A stretch of 63,461 nt of DNA, filler included, from Perkinsus chesapeaki ATCC PRA-425 (taxonomy: Eukaryota; Protista; Perkinsozoa), in the NCBI GenBank assembly GCA_013115145.1. It is 15 parts of 15 records of this genome, joined end to end, with 100 filler letters (N's around TTAATTAATTAA, not from the genome) between each part and the next. Parts side by side here need not be neighbours in the genome. Positions count along the whole stretch, not along the records: positions 12,221 to 17,325 come from JAAPAO010001191.1; positions 17,426 to 18,929 come from JAAPAO010001929.1; positions 19,030 to 21,097 come from JAAPAO010001686.1; positions 21,198 to 35,095 come from JAAPAO010000772.1; 11 more parts are not named here. One strand, 5' to 3'. Below the pieces are notes generated by a model that made no database searches, had not been told where the DNA came from, and saw only the letters and a list, made by a program, of their open reading frames with translations. A program made the translations under genes and the position numbers. Position 1 is the first letter of the stretch. Each line of letters begins with the position of its first letter. Shown here piece by piece: positions 12,955 through 25,529 of the stretch.

Positions 12955-12999
12955 GGTCAGTGACCGCCCGTCACCAATGGTGATGGGCGGTCACTGGCC
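12955..12999. repeat. 22-bp inverted repeat (hairpin)
   Basis: GGTCAGTGACCGCCCGTCACCA-A-TGGTGATGGGCGGTCACTGGCC gives 20 Watson-Crick pairs and 2 G-U pairs. Confidence 0.85.
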
Positions 13000-14475
13000 G
13001 GTGGTGACTCACCATACCACTACGTGAAACCGCGAACCAAAATATACATCAACATCTTATAACTCTGCACAAAAGGACTCAGGAAAGCCCCGTGAAGTTC
13101 AATCGCAGTCTATTAGGAGTACAACTGTTAGGGTCTTCAGTTCCTTGGATGGATTCTATATCTTGTAATAAAAGACTTGTGTGATGAGCGCAGAAGCCGA
13201 CTCCGCTGAGAAGGACGTCGCCCATCGAGGCCTATTTGTGCATGCCGTATACTTGTGAACTTCGACTATCTTTAGCACGATCGCATGGAAGTCTGTCTAT
13301 CGAAATGGAAGCGATGCATGTTACGAGATGCTTGTTACCGCTATCGCATGGAAGCGGTTAGACCACTGAGTGGTAGCCTACTTCAAAGCAGTTCTCTTAG
13401 CTGCTATCCGCAACGTTAGGTTCGGCACGGTTGTTCTGTTCGAGCATTGTTTCTCTCGAGTTCTGTTCATCGTATTCTTTATTGCGTAGCACAAGATATT
13501 GTGTAGCGTGAAATAGCGAATACGGTTCGAGGAGTGCTACTGTGTTATGGGTTAGGACGAGACTCACAGTCGAATCTACAGTGTGCCAGCACACAAGCAC
13601 ACACGCAAACTGGTCTACTCCAACGTAGGCAAAACGTAGCTCCAACTGTCCGTGCACGAGTATCACTGCCAAACTCAGCTCGACGTCAGCAAATCATCAA
13701 TCGTGTTGTGCTGCAGGTAGCTGGAGGGAGCACGACGGGATAATCTATTAACCATCTGGAGTGCAGATGTATGGTTCCACTTTGTCCGTCACACAGTAGA
13801 CGCATGTACTTGCCGACCAGGAAGTGATCCAGGCTAGATTATTCAGCAGATATGCACGCCTCCTCGTAGTGGATAAATTGCCCGGGCTGACATCGGTGTC
13901 CGATGTTATAATCTCTGTTGGTAACACTACCAAATACAATCCTATTTCTTAGCTACGTTAGCTATCAGGTACTACCTTAGCTACCAGCGACTGGGGTTGC
14001 TCACCAGGTGAGCCCCACATGATTGACTCTACGCGGTTCCTATTTCGACTCTGAATACTGGTTCCAAGCTTCCACATCCCAGCACACAAACTATGTGTCG
14101 CAAAGCGCACAGAGCTCTGGGAGGGACTCAAGCCGCCGCGTTGCACCAAAGGGACTTGCCTATTCTCAGTTCGCAAGGACGAACTCGAGGCAGGAGATAA
14201 GGCATGCTCCTCGGCGACTTTACCGACGAAAAAAGAATTAGCCATACTGCATCGTGCTAAACGGGCCGTTTAGCATCGGGTGGACAATAGCGCCGGCGGC
14301 GCCCTGTGAGTCACGCGCAATGACGCATCGTCAAAGGGACCTCGCATAGCCTATGGGGTTTCCCCATTGGGGAGCAGCGTATCTGTGTAGTGAATCTCGT
14401 ACTTTCGATGATTGGGAGCTCCGTATCAAGAATCCTCAGTACCATTCTTCCAGGGTCGCATCCGTTTAGGTCTCG

Positions 14476-16905
14476 ATGTTGTACAACCTCCACCTAGTCT
14501 CAATAATCTTTTCAGTTGTGATCGCAAGAGTCCCCCAGTCTCCAGGAAGGGATACTTTAAGTAGTACATTTCCCCGTCTGGAGTTAGGTGGACTGACTGA
14601 GCACTTCGTAGGTACTCACAATTCCACTGCGAAGACCAAGAACCTACAAAACGGTGGAGTGCTATGTCCCCATAGTGTTGGACGACAAACCTTTGGGTAT
14701 TCGCAAGTTAGTTCCAAAAATAAGTAAGATATCAAATTATACTGCACAATACTTCTTCTTTACAATCAGGTATTTTTATGCCATTATAGAGGCAGACGAG
14801 AATCCTAGTACTGCTCCGACTTTCATACACCTTGCTGGTGGTCCCGGCATAAGTGCAATGGACCCGCTTCTTGTGTTGAACGGACCGTGTTTGATCCAGA
14901 AGGATGGTGGAGGTTTAGATGCTAATCCGTAACACATCTGATCGATGTATCGACTACTCCTATCAAAAGGATTTGTAGATACTCGTGGACCAGAAAAGCC
15001 AATGGTATCTGGATTGACGCCCCCGGGACTACGGGCTTCAGTTTAGGACCTATTGAAACCACTCTGGCAGAATATATGAACGATTTGTAAGTCGGCCATC
15101 TTCGGCGGTTTGATCCTCTAATCGGGCCAGTGCATAATTGACAATGCTCGCGTTCAGGTTTAACCTCCTCTTAGATGTATTCCGTAAATATCCGCATCTC
15201 AACCATAATGTCCACTTGGTTGGTTTCTCCTCTTATAGTATGCCATCCGTAAGGTATCCCATCCATCATCCTTTATTAGGCTCCACAGCAGTTCTTCTGG
15301 CATCGAAAATCATCCTCCCTTTCAAGTCTGCTATCGATTTGAAAGGAGTCATGATTGTTTCCGCCATGGTTGGGCCATCATATGTGTGAGTAACCCACCC
15401 TGATTAATGCTTAGGCCCTTTCCAGGTACCAGGGATGTTTACAGATGGCAAAGGACAAGAAGCTGGTATCACAAACAGTGTAGGTTTACACTTTCGGAAT
15501 GCTATAACCGGTATCACCGCTATTTAAGGAAGATGAGGAAGCTTCTAAGTGCTCCCTCTGTCATTGGTTTCCCCTGCCACTTATGCACGGGTGCTTTAGT
15601 CTTTTTTCGCATTATTGTAACCTTCTAGGCTCTCTTTCTTCCTAAGAGCAACCTCTGGTATATCGGTCTCGCTTAGGCTCAAGAAGATGACTACCGACAT
15701 CAAGTCCTGTGTTAATTTGGTCGCAAAATGCAAACCTGCCAAACCCGGAGGAGAGCCGGGTCCTGGTCCGTGGCGAACTATAGTGTCGATCCACAGTTCG
15801 CTCTTCAGCCGCCTGTTCCGCTGCGCAGGATGCATGTGACACAGCTGCCATTTTGCCGGTTGCAAATACGGGGAGAAGTGTGTAAGAATGTGCTTAAGAA
15901 TGTCCTTAGGTGTTCATGATGCTATGCACCTTTGCTGGTCCTCCAGTTAATGAGCTTGTTGACTCCGTCAGGCGCAAAAAGGAATCCAAAACGTTTGAAT
16001 GGGATCTAACTTTATTCAACGCGTGGTGTAGCTGTGAACTGATAATCGGTGGTCAATCTCTCAGATACGACATTCGCGTCAGAGCTGGGAACGAGGCGAA
16101 ATATTACAGGTTTCTTCCCGGAAATGTAGGCTAGCATGTTCAGTCTTGCATTTTGCTCAAGAGTTGACCCCCAGCCGACGGATTTCTACAACAGCAAAGA
16201 TGTTCAGACTAAGCTGGGTGTATCCAAGGCATGGAAACCGCTAGATAAAGAAGTAAGCTACTGTGGTAAGGTATCACTGATACCTCCATGACATTGATCT
16301 GACGACAACTCCCGCGTGACATCAGGTTCTAGCTCATTTCATCAAGTACGCAGCCTTCGACGTAACTTTTGCCGTCAATCAAGTCCTCGACGCGGGGCTG
16401 AAGGTAACTCGGTATGGTTCATGTTCTCGCGCTTGCTCCATGGCTTGCCTTTTACGACTAACTTGGTCACAGGAGCTGAGCATTAAACGTCTCTATAGGT
16501 TATGGTCGTATCCGGAGATTCTGATTTTATCACCAACGGTATTGGTGCACTGAACTGGATGCTATCTCTGAAGGGAACAAAGAGCTATGGAGAGAAGCTC
16601 AAAGCGGTTCGTCCAGTCCCGATTTCTGTAGGACGATTTGATACTCCGTGTGTTTTGAATTTTTCTGCCAGTACGCCGATGGCCCGCTGGGAAATATAAG
16701 AAGACTGGTCTACTCCAACGGAGCTAAAATAGCATTCCTAAATGTGAGTATCTAACCAAAGCAACTAGCGCTGCCAAGCACGCCAAGGCAGCTCATCAGC
16801 TGTGTTGTGATCCAGGTAACTGGAGGATGTCACGACATGATATTCAATCAACCATCTGGGATGCAACAAGCATTCCAGGATTATCTTGCTGGGAAGCTCT
16901 GGTGA
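14476..16905 (+). CDS. Serine carboxypeptidase S10 homologue, secreted, multi-exon and divergent
   Basis: Signal peptide, HLAGGPGISA..NGP, WIDAPGTTGFS, VGFSSY (Ser codon 15228), DLKGVMI, GDSDFITN (Asp codon 16523) and GGCHDMIFNQP (His codon 16831). Stop at 16903-16905. Confidence 0.88.
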
Positions 16906-17730
16906 TTTTTACGACGAGCGGGCGAAGTACATGCCCTTTTAGCTCCTTGCAGTAATGCCTATGTGCACACAGTGAAGGTATCAGCTTCTCACCCTTATGC
17001 CGTGTACACAAATATATCGTCTCCTCGACACTTTAAGTAGATGCCGGACTTCTATACGGCTTTTCAACTAAGACTAACTGGTTTTGGGTTCTTATACGTA
17101 TTTCAGATGTGGCTCAAGATGAGTACTCCAAGCGTGAGCGTAGGTTGCCGAGAGTACTTGCTAATCAGGATCCCTGAATCAGGCCATATTGAAAACACAT
17201 CTAAACTAGATAGTCTGCAGGCTAAAAGCCAGCTCTTAACGTAGAGGACACATATTGCCAGTCCTGCGGCGATAGGCTTGCCTCGGTACTATCTTGAGCC
17301 GTCATGGCTAGGGCTCCATCTGAAGNNNNNNNNNNNNNNNNNNNNNNNNNNNNNNNNNNNNNNNNNNNNTTAATTAATTAANNNNNNNNNNNNNNNNNNN
17401 NNNNNNNNNNNNNNNNNNNNNNNNNTCAATTGTGATTATGGCTATGAAGTTCCCACGTATCCTAAGCTCTAAGTTTCGGCTCGCCATTCAAGCTTAAGGC
17501 GACTGAATCAATCTCATCAATCGGTGAGCCTTCTCCTTTCGTGGAGCACTCTTTAAGGTGCATAGGTTCTACAATGGTTAGGTGCATACTGCTCCGCTCT
17601 CATGTGTCTGATGTTGAGGCTAGCTGTCACCCGGCTTCGCCGCAATAGTTTGTTATTAATTTCCAATTTAGTTTTACCACTCTCTCATATGGTCCGCTGT
17701 GCCCTTCCCACTCCCTACTCTGTGGCAAGT

Positions 17731-18225
17731 ATGGGCTTCTTTGTAAACATGGTGTTGGTCCTATCATCAATATTGTCTGTGAGCTCCGGCAATCCTTTCT
17801 CCGACCTCACTCCATTTTTCTTGGGAGTCACCTCTCGCCCACACTCCAGGCGTTTCTCTGCGACTGCCAGACCCTCTAGGGACGCCAATGTCATGTATGT
17901 CGTGGTGAAATCTTTCTCCAATGATACATCGAAGGGGTTTCACTTGAAATACGACGAGCAGGTTATCAGCAGGGAAGGTTCCGAACAATTCTTGCTTAAC
18001 CTCGACCACGATCCCGAGACCGGTCGTTTCTCTCGTTTCCTTCAGGAAATGGTTTTCACTGATAATATTCTATCCGTTAATCCATTTTTCACTCTAGGAC
18101 ATGATACTACCAGTCGTATGACTCTCACCTTGATAGCTGGCAATGCTACCCTGGCCCTCTACCCATATTATTGTCCAGAGCTCGACACCGCTTTTCATCC
18201 ATGTATTAATGGCGATCCCAAGTAA
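17731..18225 (+). CDS. Hypothetical secreted protein
   Basis: Open frame starting MGFFVNMVLVLSSILSVSSG. A possible GTAAGT donor near 18221 suggests further exons. Confidence 0.45.
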   Translation: MGFFVNMVLVLSSILSVSSGNPFSDLTPFFLGVTSRPHSRRFSATARPSRDANVMYVVVKSFSNDTSKGFHLKYDEQVISREGSEQFLLNLDHDPETGRFSRFLQEMVFTDNILSVNPFFTLGHDTTSRMTLTLIAGNATLALYPYYCPELDTAFHPCINGDPK

Positions 18226-19266
18226 GTGTTATGTGTTGGAGGAATTATTCCAGTCTCAATCTGAAAGCTCTGTGGAGTGTATCTCTCATGAAGAGAATGT
18301 TATTATCCCAATAGTTATTATCAACAACAGAACAGTCATTATTGAGAAATAGGCTTCACTGACATTCAGTTATACCTTTTTCTCGTCTTGGCAGTTGCCA
18401 GTAAGTCTCCAGATCAATATTGTGATTTGTGTTTAAACATAGCATGAACACCATTGCGTAACGACTTGTGAGGAAGTGGGAGTCACAATATGCTACCGGG
18501 CTCCAAAATATACAATTTAGGCACTTATCACCAATAAGCTACTAGTTCGCACCAATACATTTCCCAGACTCGAGGATCCCAGGATAGTGTATACGAACTT
18601 CCCATTGGGAAGGATCCATATTTGGTACTCCGAAAAGACCATGCCTTTAATACCACCAATGTCGATCTCATGAGCGAAAAGTTGTGGGTGACCGACCTAC
18701 ACATTCAACGGCTTACTCTGCACTCGGTATAAGCGATTGCATGAGCGTGTCATGGAGCGCCACGAATGATCATCTAATCTAGAAAGCAATTGGGATATAG
18801 CTTTTTAGGGAATATCACACAGTCACAAAAAAACTAGCTGCTGGTGTCACTTAGCTTTATTTTGCGCTACGCGCGACGAGTTGCCTGTCAGAAGAAAGTT
18901 CTTGGCAGACCGTTCTAACTGTCGAAGCGNNNNNNNNNNNNNNNNNNNNNNNNNNNNNNNNNNNNNNNNNNNNTTAATTAATTAANNNNNNNNNNNNNNN
19001 NNNNNNNNNNNNNNNNNNNNNNNNNNNNNCGATTCTCTTCAGAAATACAATATTCTCCGGTTGCTACCGTCTGGACTACTTTCTGCTACCGTCTGGACAA
19101 CTGGCCAGATTTTCGTTTCCCGGAGCGACAGAATTCAGAATCCAGCTAGCCCCAGCGCATAGATTCCTACAAGAAAGATGTGACACAACAGATGTCTATC
19201 GTGAAGTATCTTGGGTTCGAGCGTGCAAGATACATAATACGTTAACAGGATTATTCCCGCCTATAA

Positions 19267-20987
19267 ATGGCCAGTGTAGGGGAATCAGTTGGTTTCACTG
19301 AGGAGCTACTTGCCGATCGAAAGCAGCAAGCGCAGCCCCCCTTCGGTCAAGTGCCCGAGACCAAACTGCTCGTTACTGAGTACCAGGTAGCATCCTATTC
19401 CTGCGCGCCTCAAAACTCTTCTTCAGGCGGGTTTGCTTTCCGAGCCAGAGTTTGATCAATCATTCGATCGTGAACTCGAGCAAGCTCACGGTAAATACAA
19501 GAAAGTGTCACAGAATGGCAAACAGCGTATGGAAGTTAAAGACGCTGTCTATGCCCTTGTCTGTAAGCTTCGTATTGTTGACCTTCAACGTATCTTTTTA
19601 AGTATAACCTAAAAAGTATCTTTTATTAGGTACCGCTATCGGTGCTGGTGTACTTACTCTGCCCTATGCTCTAGCACAGAGTGGACTGATTCTAGGTAAG
19701 CATTTATATATAACATTGATAATTTATAAATGGGCAATTCGTGTATATCGCTATTGACTTATTAAAGTATATGATATTTTATTATAATATATTATACAAT
19801 AATGATTGGATTATTTATATTGTATTATAGCTTCTTTCAGACGGTATCATTATTGTCTTTTCCCCATATATTTGTGCTTGGAAGTCTTATTGAAAGTCAT
19901 AAATAGCTGTGAGATATTCTTTAAAGTCTTATTCGAAACAGGTATATAGACAACTGTTAAGGATTGTCTAAGATGCTTTATTGCCTAGTATGTTGATATT
20001 AATCAATAATATTTATTTATAATAATACTTTTAACCAAGCTATTGATTAGATTCAAGTATTATTCTTACCTTACTTCTATTGCATTGTTCAAACATTATA
20101 GCTTATGATACTGCATTCTTGACTATATTAATAAAAGTTGTTTTTTAATACTCATTATAATTAATACTTGATAATATTATTATTCTTCCTTTTATTTACC
20201 CAGTCTCTTCCGTCTCTCTCACACATTTCGCCTGCGTCATTTGGTCCCCGTCAATCACTGTCAGGTACCCTAATCTTGCTTGGCATTGGTATCCTTAGGT
20301 CTTACGCAGGAGAGCTTTTGATCGAAGCATCGAAACGTAATATTTGGAGACATATTTTCGGAAAATATTTTATTTTTCACAATGCAAAATGCAGTGTATT
20401 TTCCTATCACTGTGTCGCTATCTTGTGATTAATAGTACCAAATTGATGCTTTAATTGTTACGTGATAATAATGCTTAGTCTCAACCACAAACCTTTGACA
20501 AGAAGTAGGAATGTTCCAGAAAAGATGATATTTTCACATTTGATTATGTTAGTCCTCTAGTTGTTAGACAAAGGTATATTTCTGGAGAAATATAGGAAAT
20601 TCCTGGGAAAATAAGGAAAATTTCTGGGAAAATATGGGAAAATAAGGAAAATTTCTGGGAAAATATGGGAAATTTCTGGAAAAACATTGAATATTTCCTC
20701 CTTTGTTTTCTATACTCGATCGATTTCAGGTACGGGAATGTTGAGCTATGGCTCGCTGGCTCGAGCAACTTGTGGGAAGTGGGCCGAGATGCTTACATCA
20801 ATTTGCATCGCGTTAAGTAATAAATGCCGCACCCGAGGATCGAACCTGGGACCTATTTTCTGCAGCCACATGGTTGGTGATGGGATCGTATATGATTGTA
20901 ATGGCTGATTTGATGGTGCCTGCATTGGAGTGGATGATTCCGGGAATCACTGCCTTTGCAGGCGGATACTGGGCTTTCCGACTATGG
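19267..20987 (+). CDS. Amino acid transporter (Aa_trans/SNAT-like), multi-exon and 3'-truncated
   Basis: Spliced reading gives AVYALVCTAIGAGVLTLPYALAQSGLILG, YGSLARATCGKWAEML and WLVMGSYMIVMADL. Confidence 0.88.
20577..20685. repeat. Intronic degenerate minisatellite (GGAAAAT/TTCTGGG units)
   Basis: Repeated AAGGAAAATTTCTGGGAAAATATGGGAAA-like units inside a transporter intron. Confidence 0.75.
20817..20865 (-). other. 49-nt intron of the transporter gene carrying an antisense tRNA 3' half
   Basis: GT..AG and restores the frame (IAL-T-TWL). Reverse complement: AGGTC CCAGG TTCGATC CTCGG GTGCGGC A TTT. Confidence 0.8.
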
Positions 20988-21031
20988 GTAGTAAACTGGG
21001 GGGGGGGGGGGGGGGGGGGGGGTTTTTTTTT

Positions 21032-21062
<31 letters not shown>

Positions 21063-21933
21063 TGTTTTGGCCATTTTTGGGGTTTGCTGTTGGGGGGNNN
21101 NNNNNNNNNNNNNNNNNNNNNNNNNNNNNNNNNNNNNNNNNTTAATTAATTAANNNNNNNNNNNNNNNNNNNNNNNNNNNNNNNNNNNNNNNNNNNNAAT
21201 CCGAAACGGTTCAGTTTCGGGCGACGGCGATAATTGCATCATGGATATGACAACGTACAGAATCTTATCAATACATTAATAGTAGCTTCATAGAACTACT
21301 ATAAGCCAGAAGACTAGAAGACATCAATGGACTGGACACATTACGTTGAAGCGAGCGCTACGGTACGTCAATGATAAATCCAGGCGCAACCGACGCAGTA
21401 CACAACAACGGTCGAATACGCAGACAATGATTCGATATACGATATGGCACTAAACACGGTGAACCGATAGCAAACAGCGATCGCCTACAGGCATCTCGGG
21501 TCTTCCCGTGGTGATGGGAGGGTAGTAGAAGAGGAGCCAGCGGCCATGGGAGAACAACAAGCGAACGAGGAGACGAGGACGCTGCTACAGGGACAAGCAT
21601 TGACACAAGTAGAGACGCCACGTTTCATAGGAACACAAAGCAGGGGAGGAGGAAATCATGCTGGTGATGACCGGATTTAATTTTTACCGACAGTGACAAG
21701 GCGGGCATACTGAAGCCACCATTTGGATGGCGATGACTGATGGTCCTTGTAGAGATGATTACGCACCAACCTGGGCGGATGAATTGTGCAGAAGGGGACA
21801 GCGGCTGGCTCACCGGTCCACAGTAACATTCCTAAGATGACGGAAATACGTTCCCAATTGCTCGAGATCATCTGATGATACTCGTGTAATATCAGACTCT
21901 TCCCGTAAGAGAAGAAATGTATCTGCAGCAGCG

Positions 21934-22758
21934 TTAACCTATTTTGTATCTTGCATGCTTCAACCTACGCTTCCAATCATTAATGGAATCACCATCCTTA
22001 TCAGCGTCTATCGAGGCGTCTTTCAATATCCACAAGAGCTTGTCCTTTGAAAGCTTACTATCCGACGCGTCCTCTAAACTGCCGTCTGAAGAATCCGAAT
22101 AATACAACTCACCAGGATGTGAGGCATCCCAGAACAACATTGTAAAATAGAGTAGAACAAGTTTAGCTTGCTGCCAGTGCTGCAGCCTGTTTTTTTATAC
22201 AAGTCTGATGGGAGTTATGCAACAATAACAACAACTTAGACGCCCCATTTGTCCTATGGGTTTCAAGGTGATATATTTCCAACGCATGTTGCTCATTGGA
22301 GACAACAGCAAGAAAGGAGAGCGAGGAATGCGCCACGAAATTGCTGGCTGCTTACCGCTGGTCTCCCCCGGCGCCTCGCCAGGCTCGTTCATAGCTTCCT
22401 CAGCGATACAAAGGCATCTATGTATCCAAATCATAATGTAAGTCATAACTCTGTCATAGGTATCCATAGGTCGAAATGAACCTGTAACACAAAAACTGTC
22501 TCCCTCGACAGTGGTGCGGCAGGTGGTACCGAGATGCCTGCCCTCTCGAACAGCTCCATCTACCACGGCGTTCGCCATCGGCGAAGTGTAAGTACCCAAA
22601 GCCAAGATGTCCAACCGAAATGCTTTCAATGCTTCATCAACAATATCAAGGTAATCTGAAGTCAGTAGTAGGTTTTCAGTATCGACCAAAAAAAAAAAAA
22701 GGGAATCATAGAAATTATGCTTCAATGGAACAAAGTGAAAAATGTCGAGTAGGCGCAA
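21934..22758 (-). CDS. Hypothetical protein, probably multi-exon
   Basis: Two protein-like ORFs (22195-22758 and 21934-22140) separated by intron-like sequence. No domain recognised. Confidence 0.35.
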
Positions 22759-23748
22759 CTAAACGGGTCAACTCGAAGGCTTTCTGGCACCGTCAGCACC
22801 AAAATCATCGCCTCCGTAGAGATCGCAGCACACTGCGAGCATCCTCTAAGAGTGAGTGGCATGAAGATATGGCTTGGGACTCACTGGGCTCCTGTTTATC
22901 CCATACCTCCTCCACAACTGGTATACCTGAGCTAACACTCCTGCGGCACCTTATTGGCAGTATAGGTATCCTGACAGGGACAATGTGATGACAATACAAT
23001 GTGACATGATCATGTACCTACCCACAGACGCAACGGCATTTAGCATTCAACGAGCCAAGCCATTCAGCTTGGTGACTGTGATATAACATTATTAAAATAG
23101 CTATAGCAGAGAACTACCAACCGCACTGACCTGCCGGCTGATATGTTAATGCACATGGCATCATCTATTAGCATTTACAAGCCACGCCAGGTACCTCCGT
23201 CACAGAACTCAATTATATGAATTCTCTACAAGGCCTACAGGGCTTCAGAGAAGAATTTACTAGAAAATTTCTTAGGCAAAATTGCAGCTTCTCTTCGTTA
23301 AGCTGTCCCTGAATGGGCTAGATGCTTTATTAAGGAGGAGATCTTAAAGCACGACTGAGCAAGGTTAAAAGATATTCCAAGCTCGGCTTTCCCACACTAG
23401 AAGTCAGCGAAGTGAAGAGGGATGGATTAACAAGCACATACAACACAAGCCATAACATCATTCAATATCGGATAAATAAATGAAAAAGAAAACGACCCTT
23501 GAGACCATGAAGGAGGCAAATGAAAATGCCCTATAAGACCACTTGCCGATGTGAGCGACGGCGGGCTGCAATGCATTGCCAACTCGAATGTATTCGATAA
23601 ATAGTTAGATGATAAGGAGTCGAAATCAGCCTTATTATTTGCAGCCAGGTGATATAAGAGGCTCCTCGAATGTAACAATATAAGCTGGGTTGAGCATTAT
23701 ATTGCAAAATCCTAAAACGATAATAACAACAACAACACTGCCTATTAT

Positions 23749-25390
23749 TCACATTTTACCTGCTCCTATCTTAACATGGGGATCACGTACCATCCTCGCA
23801 AAGCCGTGCTCCCCCCAATCAGACCCCCAGCTATTCCTGACAGTCCAGTAACTGACAATACGAGAATAACAGCGAGGGGTCGCCCCCATCAACCTCATCA
23901 TCCTCACTTTATTCCGTCCTCGCTTACGCCGTAGCCAACCAAAAGCATAAAGTGAATGGGGTATTCTGTGCAGTTGAGCCCTTAACATGCACGCATGTAT
24001 TGATATGAAAACTAACGCACCCTGAAGAATCCCTCCGCGGTAGAACGGCCACTCCGACGCGATGACATCGATTCCCACGGCGACTGGCGCCTCCTGGATT
24101 CTCTCAAACAGACCATCAAGTCTCTTCGAGCCGATTACAGTAACATCAATCCCACGGAGCTCACCGACCTGAGAAATTCCCTTAACTCTCGAGCCGGACA
24201 GCCCCCTGCCCCCTGCTCCCATCGCCCCAAGCATTCCCACCCGTAGGCACTGCTTTGATACATCATCAGTAACAGCATGGTTGCAGAAGCCATCCTTAGC
24301 TTTATAAGGATAACTCGAGTTGGATACCAGACCGTGTCTGTTGATATATCTCAAAGAATTGGCAATGTTCCCCTTTGAACACCCTCTGACCAAATAAGTG
24401 ATGATGATGCCAGTCGTTACAAGTAGGTTCATTACACATTTCCTTCCCCTCTCGAGCAATCAACTATTTGCTGTACTGAAGTTCGCGGCGGCATCCATGT
24501 CTTTTTCCAGATGGCCGCTTCAATCACGCCTATAGTAGCGGGCATGCTTCAACCAGCGCATTCCTCGCCCCCCCATTTCGCGATCCCTGGATGTTCAGCA
24601 GAAGGATAAATGACAGAAGTTCAATACAGAAGGAGCTTTTCATCACGAATCTGTTCAGGAATCACATCATTCGACATTACAGCGGAGAGAGGACCAAGTG
24701 TAATTACCAATGGTCCTTTTTTGCATCCACCAGCACAAGCAGGATAAGAGACCCCCTCATTTCCATAACGCCGCTGCTCATCGACCGACCCGCCTCTCAA
24801 CTGCCTAGTGTAGCAGCCGCATAGCAGCTGCCGCACGACAATTGTCGCATAGGAGGGTGGACAGCTCCTTTTTTAACCCAGTCGATCTCTGCTGGAGCGT
24901 GAAGTGTCACGTTGGGAACGTAAGGTTCGTCAGACACTTGAAATGGACTAGAATGCTTCCCCATTTCCGACCGGACATCCCCACTGGTCATCAGCCCTGA
25001 TGCGCCGAAGATCTCCTCTCGCGTCATTGCTGCGTACTTGTTGACTTCCAACGTATACGAGCGATCTGAGGGACATCTCGCACTTATAACGAAGGCTACA
25101 CCAATAATGCAGACGATGACATCATCGGTAACATTGTCGTTCAATCAATCTACTCCCACATTCCCGCACTACGTTTGTTATTCTCCTTATCGATGAACCT
25201 GAAGTTCCTTTTGAATACTTGGAATCTATATGCATCCTCAGCGTCATCAGCAAAGTTCATCGAATATCTGAAGGAACGGTATGAGCAGTTCTGCCATCCT
25301 GCCGCACTTCTGCTTGAAAGCGAGATACGCTTTCTTGATTCGTCCACTACAATCATCGGTGCCGCCGCCGCGGTAGTACGGCAGGTACTA
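23749..25390 (-). CDS. Papain-family (C1A) cysteine protease with an I29 propeptide, multi-exon
   Basis: ERFNIN-like EDAYRFQVFKRNFRFIDKEN, NKYAAMTREE, IDW..GAV, RQLSCGSCY (Cys 24824-24826), IPHSLYAFGW (His 23956-23958) and YWTVRNSWGSDWGEHG (Asn 23833-23835). The start was not resolved. Confidence 0.88.
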
Positions 25391-25529
25391 AAATATTGAC
25401 AATTACTTTCAACTCAACTCAACCATATCTTAACACTGTGACGCCGCCTCTCTTGCTTCACTCATGCTCCATGTATCTCCTCTAGATAGGACCTCGACGT
25501 AGCCTTCCTCAGGTAAGATATCCAACCTC

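Noticed and set aside
17109-17118. TGGCTCAAG, similar to the 3' end of the dinoflagellate/perkinsid spliced leader
   Set aside because: The match is only 9 nt and the upstream leader sequence is absent.
20998-21097. Poly-G and poly-T run with G-quadruplex potential
   Set aside because: It lies at a contig end and looks like low-quality read tail.
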